Shown: piece after piece, positions 29,861-39,559 of the stretch
Numbering within the stretch: the stretch's first letter is position 1
Layout of the letters: every line of letters begins with the position of its first letter
NCBI GenBank assembly: GCA_963704905.1
Contig: CAVPHZ010000002.1
Span: 139,011 to 203,010, forward strand
Reading direction: 5' to 3'
DNA from: Candidatus Chisholmbacteria bacterium
GTDB lineage: Bacteria; Patescibacteriota; Microgenomatia; UBA1400; Chisholmbacteraceae
Length of the DNA stretch: 64,000 bases
Made by a program: the position numbers and the translations under genes
Notes under the pieces: model-generated
The model's database searches: none
The model's input: the letters and a program-made list of their open reading frames with translations, nothing else
Told to the model about the DNA's origin: nothing

Positions 29861-30188
29861 GCAACTCGCTCGAAAATATCTTCAGAAACTAAGGTATTCA
29901 TTCGTTGATCAAAATTATAGAACCAATTTTGGTGAAATCGATCTAATCTTCAAGGACAAGAAAACACTCGTATTTGTTGAAGTAAAAACAAGGTATAGCA
30001 ATAAATATGGTAATCCGGAAGATTCTGTTACACCTAAAAAAATCGCTGTGATATCTAGAGTTGCAGAGTCATTCTGTATGCTCAATCCAAAACTTCCAAA
30101 ACGCCTTCGCATTGATGTTATCGCCATAGATATGGATAACAATGGAAACGTTAAAGATATTCGTCACATCAAAAATGTCACGGGATAA
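29829..30188 (+). CDS. yraN: YraN/UPF0102 family endonuclease-like protein
   Basis: [15 protein letters not shown]...[18 protein letters not shown] is the YraN pattern. GTG start overlaps the rplS 3' end by 32 nt. Confidence 0.75.
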   Translation: MLPKSLGKKGEQLARKYLQKLRYSFVDQNYRTNFGEIDLIFKDKKTLVFVEVKTRYSNKYGNPEDSVTPKKIAVISRVAESFCMLNPKLPKRLRIDVIAIDMDNNGNVKDIRHIKNVTG

Positions 30189-30246
30189 TAAGTGCAACAG
30201 GAATTGATCTATCGGTTCGCTCCCTATGCTATGCTAAAAACGAAAT

Positions 30247-32094
30247 ATGAGCAGTGATATTCAACATTTAAAACAACTAGCAAAACTCATTCGCTACTGG
30301 ATACTTCTTTCAACTACTGAGGCAGGATCAGGTCACCCGACATCCTCTCTTTCTGCAGTTGAGCTTATGGTGAGTCTTATGTTTGGAGGGTTCTTTAAAT
30401 TTGATCTTAAACATCCGGATAATCCAAACAATGATAGGTTAATATTTTCAAAAGGTCATGCTAGTCCACTGTTTTACTCGCTCTACGCAGCGGCAGGAGA
30501 ACTCAATGAAGCTGATCTGAAACAATTGAGGAAATTCACAAGTCAATTGGAAGGTCATCCTACTCCTAAATTTCCTTATGCTGAAGTCGCAACTGGATCC
30601 TTGGGACAGGGATTATCTATCGGTGTCGGAATGGCGCTCAATGCCAAATATCTCGACAAGCTTCCCTACAGAACATATGTCCTACTCGGTGATAGTGAGT
30701 TTTCAGAAGGATCAAACTGGGAAGCTCTTCAAATTGCCAGCCACTACAAGCTCAATAATCTTATCGGGATTCTGGATGTCAACAGGTTAGGACAGAGAGG
30801 TGAAACTATGCATGGACACAACATCAGTGCATTCAAAAATCGAATAGGTGCATTTAACTGGAATACGATCACTGTAGATGGGCACGACTTTGATGACATT
30901 GAACTAGCATACCAAGAAGCACAAAAAGACAAAAAAGCACCAATCATGATCATTGCCAAAACCTTCAAAGGAAAAGGCATTAGCTTCCTTGAAAACCAGG
31001 AAAATTGGCATGGGAAATCGTTATCAGAGGGAGAATTCAAAAAGGCCAAGCAGGAACTTGGTGGCGTTGACAAAAATATTCGAGGAACCATTTCAAGTCC
31101 AATAGAACATCATTTATCGATAGCACCACAAAGTACAACACAATCATTTCCATCTTTTAAAAAAGGTGTAAATATTGCGACCAGAAAAGCATATGGAATT
31201 ACCCTCGCCAAATTAGGATATCAGAATCCAAACATTGTCTCTCTTGATGCGGAGGTCTGTAATTCCACCTACGCAAATATATTTGCTAAACATCATCCAA
31301 CCCGATTTTTTGAAATGTATATCGCAGAGCAGAATATGGTTTCCGCGGCACTTGGACTGAGTCGTCGAGGAAAAATTCCATTTGTCTCTACATTCGCATC
31401 ATTCTTAACCCGGGCATATGACCAGATTCGCATGGCGCAGTACTCAGCTTCAAATATCAAGCTGGTTGGTTCTCATGCGGGAGTTTCAATTGGAGAAGAT
31501 GGTCCATCTCAAATGGGGCTTGAGGACATCGCCATGATGCGAGCAGTCGGTGGAAGCGTCGTCTTGTATCCATCGGATGCAGTTTCAACAGAAATCTTAG
31601 TCCGCCTCGCTTCCGAATATCAGGGGATGGTGTATTTGAGAACCACTCGCTCTGTCACTCCAGTAATTTACACGTACAACCAAGTATTTTTGATTGGAGG
31701 AAGTCAAACAGTGAAACAGAGTAGTAGTGACGCGGTCACGCTTATCGCAGCTGGAATCACGCTACACGAATCGTTAAAAGCATTTGAGATGCTCAGTAAC
31801 GATGGCATTACGGCACGCGTCATTGATCTTTACTCGATAAAACCAATTGATACGAAGGCGCTTAAAAAAGCCGCTTCCGAAACGAGTAAACTCATAGTTA
31901 TAGAAGATCATCACCCAGAGGGCGGAATGGCTGAAGCGGTCCGAACTGCTGTTGGGAATACGGGTGTACCAATTCATTCGCTCGCGGTTAGAAAGATGCC
32001 AATGAGCGGAACGCGAGAAGAGCTTCTCGATTACGAAGAGATTTCCGCCAATGCGATTGTACGTAGGGTAAAAGAAATCGTTTCTACAGCTTAG
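30247..32094 (+). CDS. tkt: Transketolase
   Basis: TPP-binding N-terminus STTEAGSGHPTSSLS, GDSEFSEGSNWEA, pyrimidine-binding domain and C-terminal domain. Confidence 0.9.
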   Translation: MSSDIQHLKQLAKLIRYWILLSTTEAGSGHPTSSLSAVELMVSLMFGGFFKFDLKHPDNPNNDRLIFSKGHASPLFYSLYAAAGELNEADLKQLRKFTSQLEGHPTPKFPYAEVATGSLGQGLSIGVGMALNAKYLDKLPYRTYVLLGDSEFSEGSNWEALQIASHYKLNNLIGILDVNRLGQRGETMHGHNISAFKNRIGAFNWNTITVDGHDFDDIELAYQEAQKDKKAPIMIIAKTFKGKGISFLENQENWHGKSLSEGEFKKAKQELGGVDKNIRGTISSPIEHHLSIAPQSTTQSFPSFKKGVNIATRKAYGITLAKLGYQNPNIVSLDAEVCNSTYANIFAKHHPTRFFEMYIAEQNMVSAALGLSRRGKIPFVSTFASFLTRAYDQIRMAQYSASNIKLVGSHAGVSIGEDGPSQMGLEDIAMMRAVGGSVVLYPSDAVSTEILVRLASEYQGMVYLRTTRSVTPVIYTYNQVFLIGGSQTVKQSSSDAVTLIAAGITLHESLKAFEMLSNDGITARVIDLYSIKPIDTKALKKAASETSKLIVIEDHHPEGGMAEAVRTAVGNTGVPIHSLAVRKMPMSGTREELLDYEEISANAIVRRVKEIVSTA

Positions 32095-32152
32095 GACAAA
32101 TAACTTCAAACCCTAATCGTGATCTCTAACTCAAACCTGATATAGTAAAATA

Positions 32153-34642
32153 ATGGATACGCTGCCGAGAAACCAACGCATTTGGAGTATTGATCTGCTG
32201 AGAGGATTTTTTCTTCTTACCATGATCATCGCTCACTCCATTTTCTTCTTCCACGCCAAATCACATCCATTGCTTCAAATCACCAATGCAATTACAGACT
32301 TTATAAGCTTCACCGGACTTTTACTTGCTTCAGGAGCGGCAGGATATGTTGCCTATATTCACAAACGCCACCCAACGCACAGTGTAATAACTCGCGTTCT
32401 GAAGCGATTATCGGTGTATCTTATCGGTTACTACTTTCTTTCAATCATGGGTTCATCTCTGGTCGATGGCTGGAGTCTCAAAAATATTTTTCAAATTGTA
32501 AGTTTCCAAAAACTTGTGTATTTTACTGAGTTTATTGTTCCGTTGATGCTTTTTGGATTGCTGAAAATTCCACTACGGTTTTTTTATGACAAAATTGCCA
32601 GATCGTGGCTGGCTATTTTTTTTATCTCAGTCCTAGCATATTCCGTTGGTGTGTATGGATCCAGTGCCACGATACCCATCATTCCCACTGCATGGAAGGC
32701 GATTCTTGTTGGTGAACCAGGGTATTATAGTTTTCCATTATTTCAATACACTCCAGTATATTTACTCGGTGTGTTAATCGGAAGACAATTTTGGAAACAT
32801 TTCTCAGACAAGAAAACCTCAAAACTTCTCTTCTCACTCGCTGCATCAAGTAGTTTAGTCTTAGCGTTGTTAGGAATAACTGCATTCACTGGAAATGATA
32901 TATCCCTGCAGCTCCTACAGCGTTGGCCTCCGAGTCTTGCCTTCATCCTAGCGAGTACCAGCATAGCGTTGGCCATTCTCGGTATTTTTATAATTCGTCA
33001 TGATCTACGCAATGCTCAAATAACCAGGACGGTTCTTCTCATTCTTGGTCAAAATGCCTATGCTATCTACTTTGTTCATACAATACTCGTATTTCTCTAC
33101 CGAGGATTTGGCTTCCCTCAGGCACATTCACTCCTTCTCACATTTGCCTTGTCGCTTTCATCACTGGTTATAGCACTCTATGGTGCAAAAATTCTTCCCT
33201 TCAATTTCTCTTTCACACTCTCACTTGTCAATTGGTGTGAATGTAAGCTCGGGTACTGTACGCATGCCCAAGAAAATCGTTTGATTCGAAACATGAAACG
33301 ATTGATTTTTGGTCTTCCTTCACTTTCAGATGTTTTTTCTGTTCAAATTGGTCATCGAAAATTCAGACTGTTCAAAACCCGATCCTTCGCTATTGCAACT
33401 GCAATGATCTTAGTTACTGCCATACCGCTTGGAATTGCTGAAAATGACTTATTCTTTCAACGAAGCATTAGCTCAACGACTGGAAACCTAAATCGTTCAT
33501 GGTTTTTAACCACAAATGCAAACAACACTGTTGTCTATACGATCAATATCCCAGATCAGGTTCTCATTGGTCAGTCAGCTGTAAGCGTTTTTTACAGTAT
33601 AGATGGCGGTGAGTTGATAAAAATGAATCGGGAAGGGAAAAGTTGGAGTAAATCAATCGATCTTAGTAGTTTTGATACGGGAGAATATCGGGTAGTTGGA
33701 TCGGTTGACATAAATGGTCGACGTTATAAGACAAAAATCTCTACGTATACGATTTCAGAGCCACTCTATGTAACTTGGACAATTGATTGGGAAGGATATG
33801 ATGCCAGTCAAACGTACTTGGATGCACTTTCACAAATTGCCGACACGCATAATATTCCTATGACGCATCTATTTAATCCACGAATATATACATCTGATGA
33901 TATGGAATCCGGAAGAGCCGACTATCTCACCGATTGGGTAAAGAGACGTCAAGCCATCAAAGGTGAAGAAGTTGGATTACATCTACACATGTTCCCGGAC
34001 TTTGTTGAAGAGGCTGGTGTTGAGCCTAAAACTGAACCCATTTGGGGAGGCGGTTTTACTCCAGGATATGACATTCTTACAACGGCATATTCGTATGAGC
34101 AAATGAAGACCATCCTTAATTACGGAAAGAAATTGTTAGAAGAAAAGGGGCTTGGAACACCGCGTTCCTACAGAGCTGGGGCATGGTTTGCCAATGGCGA
34201 CACATTAAAAGCACTAGACGATACTGGATTTCTCGTTGATAGCTCGGGGAGAACCAGCTACACATTTGGTACCAATAATGTGACAGGATTTTGGGACCTG
34301 TCTCCTTCAACTCAGCCATACTATCCATCAACTTCAGATCAGAACAGCCCTGTACCTCCGCCAACTCTCAATATCCTGGAGATACCAAACAATGGAGCTG
34401 ACTCATTTGCATTTTCGTCCGAAGACATGATCGAACGATTCAACCTCAATTATTCTGGGGGTGCATTACACTCAGCCAAACAACTTACATTTCTTTCTCA
34501 TCCACATTGGTTTAATAACTCGCGACAGCAGGCTATGAAAGATGTCTTTGAATACACCGATAAAAGAAGTTACGATCAGGACCTTGGACCGGTGGTTTAT
34601 GTTACGCTTCAAGATGTCTACCAAGCTTGGCAGCAACAATAG
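32153..34642 (+). CDS. Fusion membrane protein: N-terminal acyltransferase-3-like multi-TM domain plus C-terminal polysaccharide-deacetylase (CE4)-like extracytoplasmic domain
   Basis: N-terminus IWSIDLLRGFFLLTMIIAHS is the AT3/OpgC-type start, followed by at least 10 TM helices. The C-terminal roughly 400 aa has DWEGYD, GLHLHMF, RSYRAGAW and LSHPHW, resembling divergent CE4 motifs; this domain call is tentative. Confidence 0.5.
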   Translation: MDTLPRNQRIWSIDLLRGFFLLTMIIAHSIFFFHAKSHPLLQITNAITDFISFTGLLLASGAAGYVAYIHKRHPTHSVITRVLKRLSVYLIGYYFLSIMGSSLVDGWSLKNIFQIVSFQKLVYFTEFIVPLMLFGLLKIPLRFFYDKIARSWLAIFFISVLAYSVGVYGSSATIPIIPTAWKAILVGEPGYYSFPLFQYTPVYLLGVLIGRQFWKHFSDKKTSKLLFSLAASSSLVLALLGITAFTGNDISLQLLQRWPPSLAFILASTSIALAILGIFIIRHDLRNAQITRTVLLILGQNAYAIYFVHTILVFLYRGFGFPQAHSLLLTFALSLSSLVIALYGAKILPFNFSFTLSLVNWCECKLGYCTHAQENRLIRNMKRLIFGLPSLSDVFSVQIGHRKFRLFKTRSFAIATAMILVTAIPLGIAENDLFFQRSISSTTGNLNRSWFLTTNANNTVVYTINIPDQVLIGQSAVSVFYSIDGGELIKMNREGKSWSKSIDLSSFDTGEYRVVGSVDINGRRYKTKISTYTISEPLYVTWTIDWEGYDASQTYLDALSQIADTHNIPMTHLFNPRIYTSDDMESGRADYLTDWVKRRQAIKGEEVGLHLHMFPDFVEEAGVEPKTEPIWGGGFTPGYDILTTAYSYEQMKTILNYGKKLLEEKGLGTPRSYRAGAWFANGDTLKALDDTGFLVDSSGRTSYTFGTNNVTGFWDLSPSTQPYYPSTSDQNSPVPPPTLNILEIPNNGADSFAFSSEDMIERFNLNYSGGALHSAKQLTFLSHPHWFNNSRQQAMKDVFEYTDKRSYDQDLGPVVYVTLQDVYQAWQQQ

Positions 34643-34651
34643 AAGAGAATA

Positions 34652-36703
34652 ATGCTATCAATGATCGAAATCGCGACTACTCTAATGAGTTCACAATTAC
34701 TTGAGCTGTATCTTATAGTAATCACTCTCACCTCAGCCATTATTTGGGTAGTTCATGTCGCATTCAAGCTAAGCCAGAGTACATCAAGTGAAAAAGGAGA
34801 TTCTTTAGCGAATCTCCGAGAAGTTGAAAAAAAGTTTTGGCCAGTGCAAATATCGCTCGTTCTGTTGTTCGCTGTTGTTCTCGGTATATTATTCATTCCA
34901 GTTCCAGAGATTGTGTCACCCAGCGCGCCGATGTTTGAAAGTATTGAGGTTTCAAATAGTAATCCTCTGGTGATTCAGTTCAGTAGACCCATCGCAGCCA
35001 ACATAAGAGCAACAATGAGTCCGAATGTTCCAGGAGACTGGCAAAATGAGAAGAAGTCAACCATTGCATTTCTTAATGATCAACTTGTATTTCATCCGTC
35101 GCGGACGCTTACACCAGAAACAGAATATGTCATTGAGATCGAAAACATTTCCCCACTGGCATTCCAAGAATTTCGAAGCGCATCTCGGTATTTATTTGTA
35201 CTCAAAACACCTTCACTTCCCCAAGTTCAAAGCATATATCCCGTAGAAAACGTCAAAATTCATCAACCGATAGAGATTACGCTCTCTAGACCATCCGATT
35301 TTAACGTTGAATGGTCCGCTGAGATTACCCCACGAATCGAATTTGAACTCGCATTTGGAGACGATCGAACCAAAGCTTGGATTGAGCCACTTCAGCCATT
35401 TGTCCAGGGTGTTACGTATGTTGTGCGATTGTTTAGAGCGCCAATCATCTTTGACTACGAAGAAAATCGTTCACTTCAAAATTTCGATAGAGAGTTCGTA
35501 AAAGAATTTACTCTTCAAACCGTTGAATCACCCAGTATCGATGCAATTAGTCCGATTGGAAGGTCTTTGTTTCCATCAGAACCACTCATCCTAAAGTTTC
35601 AAGAACCAATGGACAAAACTTCTGTTGAATCAGCACTAACTATTTCACCCAATGTAGAGTTATCATTCTCATGGGAAAATGATAATCTAGTAAATATTAT
35701 CCCATTTCAGGGTTGGGAAAAGGATACGGAGTACACAGTATCCATAAACAAAACTGCACAGACCCATGTTGGCGGTGTATTTGAAGATGAAGTTAGTCAT
35801 GGGTTTAAAACTGTAGGTAGCGTACAAGTATTGAGTGTCATTCCAGAGAACCAAACCCAAAACGCTCCTGTAGACACGAATATCACAATTAACTTTGATC
35901 AACCGGTAGTCCAAACCGATGTACAAAATAAGCTAACCATACTCCCTCCAATTGAAGGAAGCTTGAGTTGGCAAGACGACAATACCGTAACCATTTCTTT
36001 ATCCTCAGATTTAAACTACAACCAGCTCTACACAATAACGCTTGAAAAGGGTATTAAGTCTATCCATGGATCGGACTCCAAAGAAAAAATAACTTCATCA
36101 TTCAAAACCGTTCCAAAAACCTTCGTGCTTGACGTACCGCTCTATAAGCAGCATCACAGCTTCACCTGCTTTTCTATTGCAGCCAAGATGGCACTCGGCT
36201 ATCGAGGTATTACAGGCATTGACGAAATCGGATTCATGAATGAAATTGGGTATGACAGCACACCTAGAAACTTTACCACCAATAGCTGGGGAGATCCAAA
36301 CCTAGGTGTAGTCGGAACCTATAACGGCTCCGGACCTGGTGGGTATGGAGCGCATTGGGGACCAGTATCAAACGCGCTGAGTAAGTATAGAAATGTTGAG
36401 GTAAAAAGAAACTGGAATATTAAAAGCTTGCTCGAAACAGTCCGGCAAGGAAATCCAGTCATGGTTTGGTGGGTTAACGGCGTATGGCCAGCCAAAGATG
36501 TATCCTGGTTTGCTCCAAGCGGAGAAAAGGTCTACACGGTCAACGGCATGCATGTCGAGGTGATCAAGGGCTGGGTTGGAGATCAACAAAATCCTGACTA
36601 CATTCTTACCAACGATCCCTGGAGGGGAAATAGAAGATATACTCAGAGTCAATTTCTCAATCTCTGGAAGTGGTTTAGCAATACCGGAGTAATTGTCTAC
36701 TGA
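34652..36703 (+). CDS. Surface protein: N-terminal TM anchor, multiple Ig-like repeats, and a C-terminal peptidase_C39-like (papain-fold) domain
   Basis: C-terminus VPLYKQHHSFTCFSIAAKMALGYRG has the Q...C...G of the C39_2 Cys box. NGMHVEVIKGW (His) and ILTNDPW (Asp) complete the triad. Upstream are about 90-aa repeats rich in beta strands. Confidence 0.55.
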   Translation: MLSMIEIATTLMSSQLLELYLIVITLTSAIIWVVHVAFKLSQSTSSEKGDSLANLREVEKKFWPVQISLVLLFAVVLGILFIPVPEIVSPSAPMFESIEVSNSNPLVIQFSRPIAANIRATMSPNVPGDWQNEKKSTIAFLNDQLVFHPSRTLTPETEYVIEIENISPLAFQEFRSASRYLFVLKTPSLPQVQSIYPVENVKIHQPIEITLSRPSDFNVEWSAEITPRIEFELAFGDDRTKAWIEPLQPFVQGVTYVVRLFRAPIIFDYEENRSLQNFDREFVKEFTLQTVESPSIDAISPIGRSLFPSEPLILKFQEPMDKTSVESALTISPNVELSFSWENDNLVNIIPFQGWEKDTEYTVSINKTAQTHVGGVFEDEVSHGFKTVGSVQVLSVIPENQTQNAPVDTNITINFDQPVVQTDVQNKLTILPPIEGSLSWQDDNTVTISLSSDLNYNQLYTITLEKGIKSIHGSDSKEKITSSFKTVPKTFVLDVPLYKQHHSFTCFSIAAKMALGYRGITGIDEIGFMNEIGYDSTPRNFTTNSWGDPNLGVVGTYNGSGPGGYGAHWGPVSNALSKYRNVEVKRNWNIKSLLETVRQGNPVMVWWVNGVWPAKDVSWFAPSGEKVYTVNGMHVEVIKGWVGDQQNPDYILTNDPWRGNRRYTQSQFLNLWKWFSNTGVIVY

Positions 36704-37927
36704 CCATCATCCCCAATCTCATCAGAGTTCTGACTAAGTGATATGCATCCAGCTAAATATCGCTCCTCAACTGATCGGTGTATTTCGCAATTATCGACAC
36801 GAGTAGCCGCCGCAATTTGCCGCATTCGTTTTGGAATAGAAATAGTCCAGCTTGAGTATAAATGAATTATTCCAATGAGTAGAAGATTGGCGATTACGAT
36901 CTTTTGCATCAGCTTGTGATTTTCTAGCCCGGAAAACAACATCAAAACAAAAAAGGGGAGTACTGGTAACCAATAGTGATGAAAAGGTCTGGTCAGAGTA
37001 AAGCTAATAAAAACACCGAGCATTCCGAATGGATATAGGTTCTTTCGAAAAATAGATGAATTCTTCGCCAGCATCAAACAAAACGACACAATAAGTGGGA
37101 ACACTGGGAAGAGAAGCATCGGTAGCGTACGTAATGTTACAAAAATGGAAAAAGGTCGGTAGTCATGTAGGTTAAACAGAACGACTGAATGAAATGCCTG
37201 GTTGAGCGCATCTGAGAACCAGAGAAACAGGACGATGGGAATGACTACAATAGCCATACCAGCGAACATGAATATAAGGTTCCGAACCTTATATTGTCGT
37301 TGGGAAAGGAAAATACCAATATATACAAGTAACGCTAACAAAGCTGTTTGTTTAAAGAGAATGGCTAAACCGAGAAATAATCCACCGATCAACAATCTTA
37401 GGCTTGAATATTGATATTGAAAATTGAGGTATGAAAGCAGTAAAAACAAAATCATAAAGGGCTCTGCAAGTGCGAAAGTACCATTAAAAACCGGAAGCAG
37501 TGACAGGAAACTAACTGATGCAAACAAGGCCTGTTTAGTAGTAAATTGAAATCTAGCTACAAGGTAGACAATACCAGATGATAAAAGATTGACGTACAGT
37601 ACAGCGACACGAAACCACCACAGAGTCGTAGAGAGGGATGTCGGACAATTGTGAAAAGAGATAATGGATTCCTGGAGATTTATGGTCAAAAACATCACGA
37701 TACATCACCGAACCGTCTCGTAGTTGACGGGCGATCAGTAAAAACACTCCCTCATCATGATGAAGGGGAAAAAACAGAGACACTACGTGCATCAGCAGAG
37801 CTAATACTGCGAGAATCGCAATAATCACATTTGAACGATTCAACGAAAAGAAATTATGGTGTTGAGATGAAGTAGTTTGTAACTGCAAGGAAGGTAACCA
37901 CTCCGATAACCGTGAGTATTGCGACAA
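36697..37927 (-). pseudogene. Second GT39/ArnT-like membrane glycosyltransferase, interrupted by a frameshift
   Basis: The N-terminal fragment (TTG 37927 to 37553) has TM1 plus HHDEGVFLLIARQLRDG..FDHKSPGIHYLF, the PMT_2 DE motif and KPPLLYWL-like box, then reads out of frame to a stop. The downstream frame (37698-36697) carries the rest of the TM bundle. Both frames are open over 37553-37698. Confidence 0.55.
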
Positions 37928-38264
37928 GTACTAGAGCTAATACAATATACCGAGTTTGTGAGTTCTTAAGATCAGAAGCTTTTAATTTCTCTGGTCTTGC
38001 ACCTTTAAATTCTTCCGTCATAAATCGAGTATATCATGATCAACTTACCGAGTTTTAGTAAATGAAGTTCAGTTAAATGCCCACTAAGACGATATAAAAA
38101 GCAAACAGTACGACTAGAACTGAGAGAATCACCACGGTGAACAAAACGACAGTATGAAAATATTCGTATTGTCCTGAAGCTGTTTTACCGACGAATTTTC
38201 TATAAAATCGATCCAAAAACTTCATGGGTTATATTATACAAACTTAAACACCTGAAGAATATAC

Positions 38265-38296
38265 TAGAGACAGCCAGAAGGAGTGTCTGGTATAAT
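38265..38296 (+). promoter_or_regulatory. Putative promoter of the tRNA-Lys/tRNA-Glu operon with an extended -10 TGGTATAAT
   Basis: cTGGTATAAT at 38288-38296 (the weak -35 falls around 38265-38273), about 55 nt upstream of tRNA-Lys. The same decamer occurs in the tRNA-Val promoter. Confidence 0.35.
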
Positions 38297-38349
38297 CAAT
38301 CAGGAAAATACATTAATTGGGTTTACCTCTTAAAATATGTAAATTTTAA

Positions 38350-38421
38350 GGGCCCGTAGCTCAGAGGCAGAGCGACAGCCTTTTAAGCTGTGCGTCGAAG
38401 GTTCGAATCCTTCCGGGCTCA
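38350..38421 (+). tRNA. tRNA-Lys, anticodon TTT
   Basis: Acceptor GGGCCCG/CGGGCTC, D arm GCTC-AGAGGCA-GAGC, anticodon stem ACAGC/GCTGT with loop CTTTTAA, T loop TTCGAAT. Confidence 0.85.
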
Positions 38422-38456
38422 CAAAAAGTTAGCCAGCCGCGTACGATGTTAAACGC

Positions 38457-38529
38457 GGCCCCATCGTCTAATGGCTCAGGACATCAGGTTTTCATCCTGA
38501 AAATCAGGGTTCGATTCCCTGTGGGGTCA
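38457..38529 (+). tRNA. tRNA-Glu, anticodon TTC
   Basis: Acceptor GGCCCCA/TGGGGTC, 3-bp D stem, anticodon stem TCAGG/CCTGA with loop TTTTCAT, T arm CAGGG-TTCGATT-CCCTG, discriminator A. Confidence 0.85.
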
Positions 38530-38537
38530 CAGAAAAT

Positions 38538-38562
38538 GATCGGCTTTATGTCGATCTTTTTT
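38538..38562 (+). terminator. Rho-independent terminator of the tRNA operon
   Basis: GATCG-gctttatgt-CGATC followed by TTTTTT. Confidence 0.5.
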
Positions 38563-38589
38563 GTGAATCTCATGGTGTGAATTGAATCT

Positions 38590-38641
38590 CCAGGGTTCGT
38601 TTACCCTGAGAGCAATCGAAGGGATTCCCTGTGGGGTCACA
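38590..38641 (+). repeat. tRNA-Glu-derived fragment R1, ending with a perfect 19-bp copy of the tRNA-Glu 3' end
   Basis: Variant T arm CCAGGG-ttcgttta-CCCTG, then agagcaatcgaag, then gattccctgtggggtcaca at 38623-38641, which is identical to 38513-38531 inside the intact tRNA-Glu. Confidence 0.5.
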
Positions 38642-38930
38642 TTAAAGTTTATTTAGATTAAAACAAGCGTAATTTTATATCGGAAACGGGATACTAAAAG
38701 AAGAATATACTACGCCTATAAAACAAGTTTTTTGGAATATTTCGAGCACATATTGTAATTATGTGATTTTCTGATATATTAATACAGTTAATTCTTTTGA
38801 AATATTGGACTGCTATCTAAAGATATTTTAGTCGATCTTCTTCAAGGTTTTCCGCTTCAAAGGTACCTGGAAGCAAAACAGACAAATTCTCAAATAGTTT
38901 TTCCAGACAATGAACAGGAGGTGAAAAGAA

Positions 38931-39260
38931 ATGGCAACCAAACTATATGTTGGTAACCTTAACTATGATGTAACCAGCGATCAGCTAGGAGAACATTTTG
39001 CTCAAGCAGGAACAGTTGTTGAAGCGAATGTGATCAGTGACCGGTTTTCAGGTCGATCAAAGGGCTTCGGCTTCGTAGAAATGGGAAGTGAGGAAGAGGC
39101 AAAGAAAGCGATTGAGATGTTTAATGATAAAGATTTTGGAGGAAGAAATATTGTTGTAAATGAAGCTCGACCCAAGAGAGAACCCGGTTCAGATTTCGGC
39201 GGACGCGGTGGTGGCGGTGGTGACAGACGCGGCGGCGGCGGAGGCGGAAGAAGTTATTAA
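38931..39260 (+). CDS. Glycine-rich RNA-binding protein with a single RRM domain
   Basis: RBS AGGAGGTGA at 38916-38924. RNP-2 LYVGNL, RNP-1 KGFGFVEM, and a C-terminal GGRGGGGGDRRGGGGGGRSY tail. 109 aa. Confidence 0.85.
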   Translation: MATKLYVGNLNYDVTSDQLGEHFAQAGTVVEANVISDRFSGRSKGFGFVEMGSEEEAKKAIEMFNDKDFGGRNIVVNEARPKREPGSDFGGRGGGGGDRRGGGGGGRSY

Positions 39261-39559
39261 ATCTTATTTACCAACGTCCATAAAAGCGTGAATAGAATTT
39301 GTGGATGGCTGCAAATTCATCCTACAAAATAGTAGTATTGTTTGAGAAAGAAATTATTTCAAATAAGTTCAGTGGATTAGTGCTGAGTAAAGATGAAATA
39401 TTCGATATCATAAATTCTACATAAATTCACTACAAATCATCCTCTCTTTTGGGGATGTTTTGTTTTCTTATCAATATTTACATCTCGTGATAATTGGAAT
39501 CACCTGTGGAGATCAGTAATCAACGGCTCGTCACGTGCGAATGGAGTAAGCTATACGCT

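Noticed and set aside
38070-38225. Minus-strand ORF of 51 aa (MKFLDRFYRKFVGKTASGQYEYFHTVVLFTVVILSVLVVLFAFYIVLVGI), a possible small membrane protein.
   Set aside because: It has no recognisable RBS, is short, and sits in an AT-rich intergenic region. It cannot be separated from chance, so it is kept only as a low-priority candidate.
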